A DNA stretch of 64,000 bases from Orbicella franksi (lineage: Eukaryota): positions 21,452,001 through 21,516,000 of the forward strand of contig OZ116699.1 of NCBI GenBank assembly GCA_964199315.1, read 5' to 3'. Positions 58,401 through 64,000 of this stretch are shown in pieces. Position 1 is the stretch's first letter, and every line of letters starts with the position of its first letter. The notes beneath the pieces were generated by a model. It did not search any database and was not told where the DNA came from. It saw only the letters and a program-made list of their open reading frames with translations. Both the position numbers and the translations under genes were made by a program.

Positions 58401-61400
58401 CAGTACAACAATTTTAATAAGCACATTTTACAATTCAATGTGCATTTCTTGTCACTGTAGATTAATTTTTCACATCTACATTGTACGGGCTTTTTCTCTG
58501 CTTCTCTCTAGTGTTCGTGCTTTGTGAAAATGTTCTTGCGACTGAAAAGCTCTATCCAGTCTACTTTCTTTTGGGAACCATGCTCTTTGCTGGTTACATT
58601 GCTGAAAGGTAAGCTAATAAACATACACAGTAAGGCAGCTTCAGTAATTCACATTGTGCTCAACTCTTGAAGGGCACACATTACGTGTATGTCAATTCCA
58701 ACTGAAAATCAGGAGTACTCAGCAAATCTGCTCCACATACATCCCTTCCTCAACTTAATTAAATGTGGCTGCCAAATTTTTATATTGGAAGTAAAATTTC
58801 ACTTGGAGTTTTGTCACCAAACAAAATCTTGCCGGGAGTTAAAAATATATTTACAAAACCTTGCTAGAATGTGTATATATAACATTATAACCCACGCTTA
58901 ATTTTCGGGAAATTCTATTGGCTACTTTACGTCACGTGGTGCAAATTTACTGGGCAGTTATCACGCAGTAACCTCCACCTGCGTCGATAATTGCCTTGCG
59001 ACCAGGAGTCGACCTGCGGCTGTTTCTGTCAAAAAGAAAAAAGCTAAAAAGAATAAATTCAGCTCTAGAATTTCACCTTTTCATCGCTTTTCATGGAATC
59101 CGCTGATAATGACATTAAGAGAAAAAACTGGTCTCCAATGCCATTCTGATAAGTACAAAAAAGTCAACAAAATATGCAGAAAATCAATGGGAGGATTATA
59201 AAATAAATAAACCCCTTTCTGGCTCGCTGATATGTTGGCTGATGATGTCCTTGGCTGAGAGATTGTCCTCAAAATTTCACATTTGCCCTCGAAGCTTCGC
59301 TTCTCGGCCAAATATTCATTTTTCAGACAATATCTCAGCCACGGACATTTTCAGCTGACATACCAGGTGCCAGAAGGGGTTTATTTACTAAATAGTCTCC
59401 ATTTGGCGCGAAAATATGCTAGGATATTTGTCCACGGACATTATTTGTCCCGAGAAGTGAACAGTTTTCTGAGAACGTAGCTTGAGGAAAACTGTGAGCT
59501 TTGAGGAACAGATAATGTCCAAGGACAAATATCCGAGCATACTTCCGCCCCAAATGGAGACTATTGTGTTGATTATTCTTCAAATCTTTTTCACGACACA
59601 CAAAGCTTTGAAAATTTGGGGATATTCTCGGATATTCCCCAGTTTTAGCTGGGGAATATTCGGTCACATGACGTGTTTAGACCAATCGCACGCAAGCGAA
59701 AATATTTGATGGATTATAATGAGTGATATTGGCTGGCAAGAATCATTATTAACAAATCATGAGTCTGAAATTGAACTTTAATGGCCCTAGTGGGGTCCTA
59801 GTGGCTGTAATTTCCGTTCTCTTTGGACAATATTTACAAATGAATATATGAAGGCGTTTATTTTGCCGTCTTAGCAAGTTTTCTACTGGTTCATCCATAA
59901 TGCAGTGGCCATCGATTGTTATCAAATAATTCATTAGAGTGTTGACAGTCAAATGTTCATATATTTGAGTATGTATCTACGTCAGACCTGCTAATGGAAT
60001 GGCTACACACTTATTTCAAACTGAAAAGAATACTTAGTACTTAAAGGATCTCTAACATGACAGATTAGTAGTGGATTCATCAAGACAAAGTGTAGCGTAT
60101 AGCAACACGTCTCTACAGTGAAGCAAGGCTGACCATGATGGTGGATTTTTAGAAATTCAGAGTACTTATAATGCCATTTCAATAGGGACCTTTAGAGTGG
60201 ACTACGAGTACAAGATTGAGTACCAGTAAGATTTAATTTCAAATCAGTCATTTCCAGACCACTCGCTCTTCATGTTGGTTTTAGGAGGGAAGCTCATGGG
60301 ATGAGTTGGGTATGTGACATGATAATGTCAAGCCTGCAAACTAGAACTGAAAAATCGTTCTCCTACTCGATCTCGTATTTGTATTCAAATCTTAAGTTTC
60401 CTAATAAAGTGAATAGGACAACCATTGACAAGAAGTTTATCTAGATTAAACTTTTCGTACTGATAATGTCATTTCTGTTGTTAGGTTGCACAGTGTGGGC
60501 AGGATTCATTCTCAGTCAATGTTGCTGTGCATTGCTATCCATGGTTCCAAGTTGCCACTGTGTTTATCTATGACCCTCCCCTTCACTCAGACAACCTCAG
60601 TATTGCTGCCCAGCATAGTCCGTATGTCACCGTCAACTCTGATGTTTCTCTTTACATTTGTCGTAAGCAAGATAATTGAGGCACCCAAGGACCTGATATT
60701 AAATGAGGTGATTATTCAAATTATCATTTTCATTTTATGTACAATTATAAGAGTATTTCTTTTACGTAACGTCTTTCTAAGCAGTTTGGAATAACAAGGT
60801 GGGAGATTTACACGTAATGGTCAGTGCATCAGACTTAAAATCAAGAGGTTTGGCCTGCGGCACAAGCTGAGGTCGTTATGATGTATTCTAGTGCGAGTTC
60901 CACACTTTAACTGACCAGCAGACAAAGCAACCTGATAGAATCCCCTGAAGCAACCTGCTAACACCTCATCTATTAGCAGTAACACTACTCCTAGTCTCCT
61001 ATGTGTTTAGAGAGGTATGATTACCGAGATAAGCTCCAGCAGCGTGGACTAGTTTGTCCATGAGGAGGCAGTCCTTCATTTACCTTGAAATAATTGGTGC
61101 AAGTATGGACAATACAGCACTGAGGCATGTGTGCTTTAAAATCAGTGACAAACTGGAGATATGTTCATGATGATTTGTTCAGTTTGCTGTTGTTTTGTGG
61201 CTCTAGTGAAGAACCCAGCTCTAACTTTTGCTTTACTTCTAGGGATTAAAGCTCTGTATAGCATCAGGAATTGCAACAGTTGGAGCATATGATGTTCTTG
61301 TGCATCCTTTGTGGTTTATGATGACTTATAGAATTCCTTCACCTGCTGATGTGTTGGGTGAGTGCAGTGTTTTTCTGCCAATAGTTTACCAGTAAGCTGC

Positions 61401-62405
61401 TGTTGAATATGGCAGCTGAACTCCCTACGTCTTTCAAGAATCCTCCTCACCCCACCACTTTTTAAACTGTTCGTTTTCCATTTAAAAGAAAGTGCGCGGC
61501 AGTTAACTAACCCTAAATATGCCATTTTTATATGGAACCCAGCCCGGTGTGTTTTGTGCATTGTAGTTTGCTGTCATACATGTAAGTGCTTGAAGACGCC
61601 TCTGATGTATATTAGTTATTCAAAGCTTTCCAGTGATATACCATGAAATATCCCACAAGTTAATTGTATTTTCTTGGTACACACACAATCCTTTAGGCAG
61701 CCCTTCTTAGACAAATGTACAGTAGTCAGTAAAGTGAAGTGGCATTTCGAGCATGGGAATGAAAGAGCTAAACTTTGGCCTTCAAGTTCATTTTACTAGA
61801 AAGTGACTTTAAAAGATGTTGAATTCGACTTTAACTTGGGATTAACGCAGCATCGAAACATATTTTTTGAACTCTTTCAGCTGGTGTGCTGTTCATTTGG
61901 GGAGCCCTTTGCCTCAAACTTTCATACATGCACTTTTCACACAATCTCTTTCTCAAGAGGCTCAACGTCCTTGTTATGTGTGTGAGTGTTCTAGTGGAAA
62001 TTATCCAACCAGACCTGAATGCTTACAGGGTGAGTGTTATACCTTTCTTCACAGTTTGAAATGTAAGTTTGTCCCTGAACTATCCTAAATTGAAATTGGG
62101 AAATTTTGGTGAAGAAAACTGGAAAATGAAGTAGAGAAAATTAGCGCCAACAATGAACATACAGTAGTGCTCATGTGTGTATCTAAGCAGTATGAAAATA
62201 GAACCCAAGCCACTTTGGTGGAAGGCAAATACTTTGAGGACTATAGGAATAAGTAAAATATTTACTTCTTGTAGGTTGTTATTGAGTTTTAAGAAAGTTT
62301 ATTGCTTTTTGTTACTTATTTTTATCAGGTTCTGCAAGGATTTATCATGTATATGGTCTCATTGTTCTACCCAGCCTTCACAATTGACAACATTTTGTTA
62401 TCAGA
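46419..62405 (+). CDS. Polytopic membrane protein resembling plant NO EXINE FORMATION 1 (NEF1); 5' part, continues past the window end
   Basis: Hand-assembled GT-AG exons with consistent phases: first exon 46419-46499 or 47938-47964, then 48342-48481, 49136-49207, 50093-50167, 50377-50435, 52251-52309, 52689-52804, 53140-53234, 54226-54338, 55861-55939, 56143-56177, 57172-57294, 57481-57557, 58044-58189, 58512-58608, 60485-60707, 61243-61357, 61881-62029, 62329-62405 (about 625-643 aa so far, stop-free, many TM segments). Colinear motif matches to NEF1 as recalled: HNKKFACVFLPCAVPLFYIGG, IMYLVDS, LQFKQLQHEEPEFIVNMEYILY, FILSSLE, LYPVYFLLGT, HFSHNLFLKRLNVLV...QP. Exon boundaries at 56143-58189 are the least certain. 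Confidence 0.8.
47900..48005 (+). promoter_or_regulatory. Housekeeping-type promoter around the proximal first exon of the NEF1-like gene
   Basis: E2F-like TTCCCGCGAAA (47907-47917), ETS ACTTCCGG (47975-47982) and YY1-like CCGCCATT (47996-48003) cluster around the ATG at 47938. Confidence 0.5.
52311..52435. repeat. (TTA)n/(TTG)n compound microsatellite
   Basis: Directly visible; it starts inside the donor site of the exon ending at 52309. Confidence 0.95.
53850..54110. mobile_element. Palindromic interspersed repeat (MITE-like)
   Basis: TTTATGCCATGCCATAGAAAATACAGCCAA ... TTGGCCTATGTATTTTCTATGGCGTGGTATAAA inverted arms. A related fragment lies near 61620-61690. Confidence 0.55.
54429..55073. 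mobile_element. Kolobok-like non-autonomous element
   Basis: TTAA|GGTAATTCCTT ... AAGGGAATTACC|TTGA; the right TSD has one mismatch. Confidence 0.7.
56460..56640 (-). mobile_element. tRNA-derived SINE fragment
   Basis: The minus strand reads GAGTCTCTGTAGCTCAGTGGTTATAGCAC...GAGATTGAATCCTGCAGGGAC (A box TAGCTCAGTGG and a degenerate B box). Confidence 0.65.
58885..59720. mobile_element. Composite of palindromic MITE-like elements
   Basis: Hairpins AAATAAACCCCT...AGGGGTTTATTT around the core CCCTCGAAGCTTCGCTTCTCGG (59286-59307), and ATAGTCTCCATTTGG...CCAAATGGAGACTAT around a doubled core (59450-59510). Confidence 0.65.
60185..60401. mobile_element. Harbinger-like MITE, degenerate
   Basis: ATA|GGGACCTTTAGA ... 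TCTTAAGTTTCC|TAA with subterminal TACGAGTACAAGATTGAGTA / TACTCGATCTCGTATTTGTA. Confidence 0.5.
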
Positions 62406-63654
62406 GTAAGTTGTGTACAGTCGGGGCTCAAGGAATAACCACTACTTTCAGCTGGAAGATTACTTTCATATAAACTGCTTTAAATATCCAACAGGCACGT
62501 GCTTTCTTGCATATCTACAGAATTGCGTTTTCAATCAAAGTGCTCTATGAGCAAACCCGTCGATTTCCCAGTGGGTGATGATTGGCATGTGTGGCTTACG
62601 GGTTGTCCTAGTTACATGAATTACCATATTGACTTCTGGCTCTACTTGCTATAACAGCAGTCTTTTTTTTTCTTAAATAATAACTTTTCATGCATACTAC
62701 ATGAAGTATAAGAACTGGCAAACCTCCACTACATGAGCTGCTTTGCTCCAGTGAATTTACTTTTTCTCAGTTGAGTCACTCTGTACCTTGTAAACGTCTC
62801 GTCGCCTTTCCCAACATATTTTTCTTCCCGCCTGAAGACGAAAGCGTAGTCTGTTTTACGTGACTCAGTGCAGTTAGATCGAAAGCAAATGTGTTGCGAA
62901 AAAGATCGAAGCGACTCTGCTCGCAGGGTAGCTGCAAAAGATCTTCAAAGAAATCGAGTTTTTTAGTATGAATTACCAACGCACAACATGTAAGCCATGG
63001 GATGCAATTTGAGGTCGATTATGCAAAACAGTAAGGTCGCGTAACGTCAAAAATTGTTTTCTTATTGGTTCCAAGCTTGAAATAAGTACATGTAGCTACT
63101 TGTGGATGTCCTTCACCAAAAAAGGGTTGAACGAGAAAACAAAAAGACCAGTGGCTTAAAAAAACAAATGGAAAAAAAGCTGATGAATCCTGGAATCTAA
63201 CTCAGGTCCACTAGATTGGAACGTGGCTGCTAACCATAGAAAGCTAACCATATTACCAGAGCGGTAATGTACAATAGCAGCTTCCAGCAACTTCACCTCT
63301 GTCGTCAAAAACGTTCCCAATGCGTATTACAAAAGCCAACATTTGGTCTTGTTTAGAGTTAACTGTCAATTTAAGATTAGAATTGTAACAGAAATGTGAA
63401 ATGAACTATACCCAGAAAGCAAACAAAACAAGTTTCCATTTTTAGTGCGACAATCGCAGCTAGACCTACTAGTGTAAAACGATACACGTGCGTGCGATAT
63501 TGACTGATACAGTGATTTCAGGAGCTTTATCTACTGGTCAGCGGAATTACTCCAAAACGTTTACAGATGATGGAATGACATCATTTGCATAATCTGCACC
63601 ACCACCAAAACCCAATAGATTGCTTACGCAATCTCGGGGTTAAAAAAGGGCGAT

Positions 63655-63720
63655 GACGATGAAGAAGAATTTGTAACGCGCAAATTCCATATGGAAATGT
63701 TCAAATGCGCATTACATCTC
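63655..63720 (-). mobile_element. Short L2/CR1-type LINE 3' end
   Basis: The minus strand reads TGTAATGCGCATTTGAAC...TTTGCGCGTTACAAATT followed by a short simple-repeat tail, a stem-loop typical of L2/CR1 ends. Confidence 0.4.
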
Positions 63721-64000
63721 AAATTATCTAAAAGTAAAAGTTAGAAGCCCTAAAAAGTTACAAATAGGGCTAACTAATCTAAATCACAGATGGGGTGGTT
63801 ATCAAAGGCGGGGAAAAAAGAGTAAAACAAAAATAAGACAAAGTAAAACTTAAAAAGCTAAAATTCTCAGAAAATTACAATATTATTGTAGCATGACTTA
63901 AGCCGTGTCTCTGTGGCTATTGATGTTTAGTTTTCGCTGCATTCACGAGGTTTTAAAATGCAGTACAGACGTTGTTACTGACGGTCTTTAAAATGCAAAT

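Noticed and set aside
46419-62405. NEF1-like gene as algal or symbiont contamination
   Set aside because: The introns are AT-rich, canonical GT-AG and contain the same SINE, Kolobok-like and palindromic repeat families as the rest of the animal locus, so the gene is integrated in the host genome.

Overview
AT-rich, intron-rich animal genomic DNA; the gene content and repeat families look cnidarian, probably a stony coral (inference). Five protein-coding loci can be supported. (1) An 18-finger C2H2 zinc-finger gene (+, CDS 6767-8794). (2) A complete 28-exon ANKRD17/ANKHD1/Mask orthologue (+, 13429-35332, about 2143 aa) that carries an extra C-terminal SAM domain. (3) An intronless 473-aa orphan ORF (-, 38092-39513) with an RFX X-box upstream. 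(4) An intronless class A GPCR (-, 43433-44407). (5) A multi-exon polytopic membrane protein gene (+, from 46419 or 47938 to beyond the window end) that is invisible in the ORF track because its exons are short. I assembled it by hand, and its translation matches, motif after motif, my recollection of plant NO EXINE FORMATION 1 (NEF1), a protein originally described as a novel plant protein. This is the top finding. Introns and intergenic DNA hold many non-autonomous DNA transposons with readable TIRs and TSDs (hAT-like with 5-bp TSD, Kolobok-like TTAA elements including a 2.56-kb foldback, Harbinger-like MITEs, a MULE with 9-bp TSD, an unclassified element with 6-bp TSD), palindromic MITEs sharing a core motif, tRNA-derived SINEs, an L2 LINE fragment and a pentamer satellite at an assembly gap. 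All exon models and homology calls were made by eye; no database search was run.
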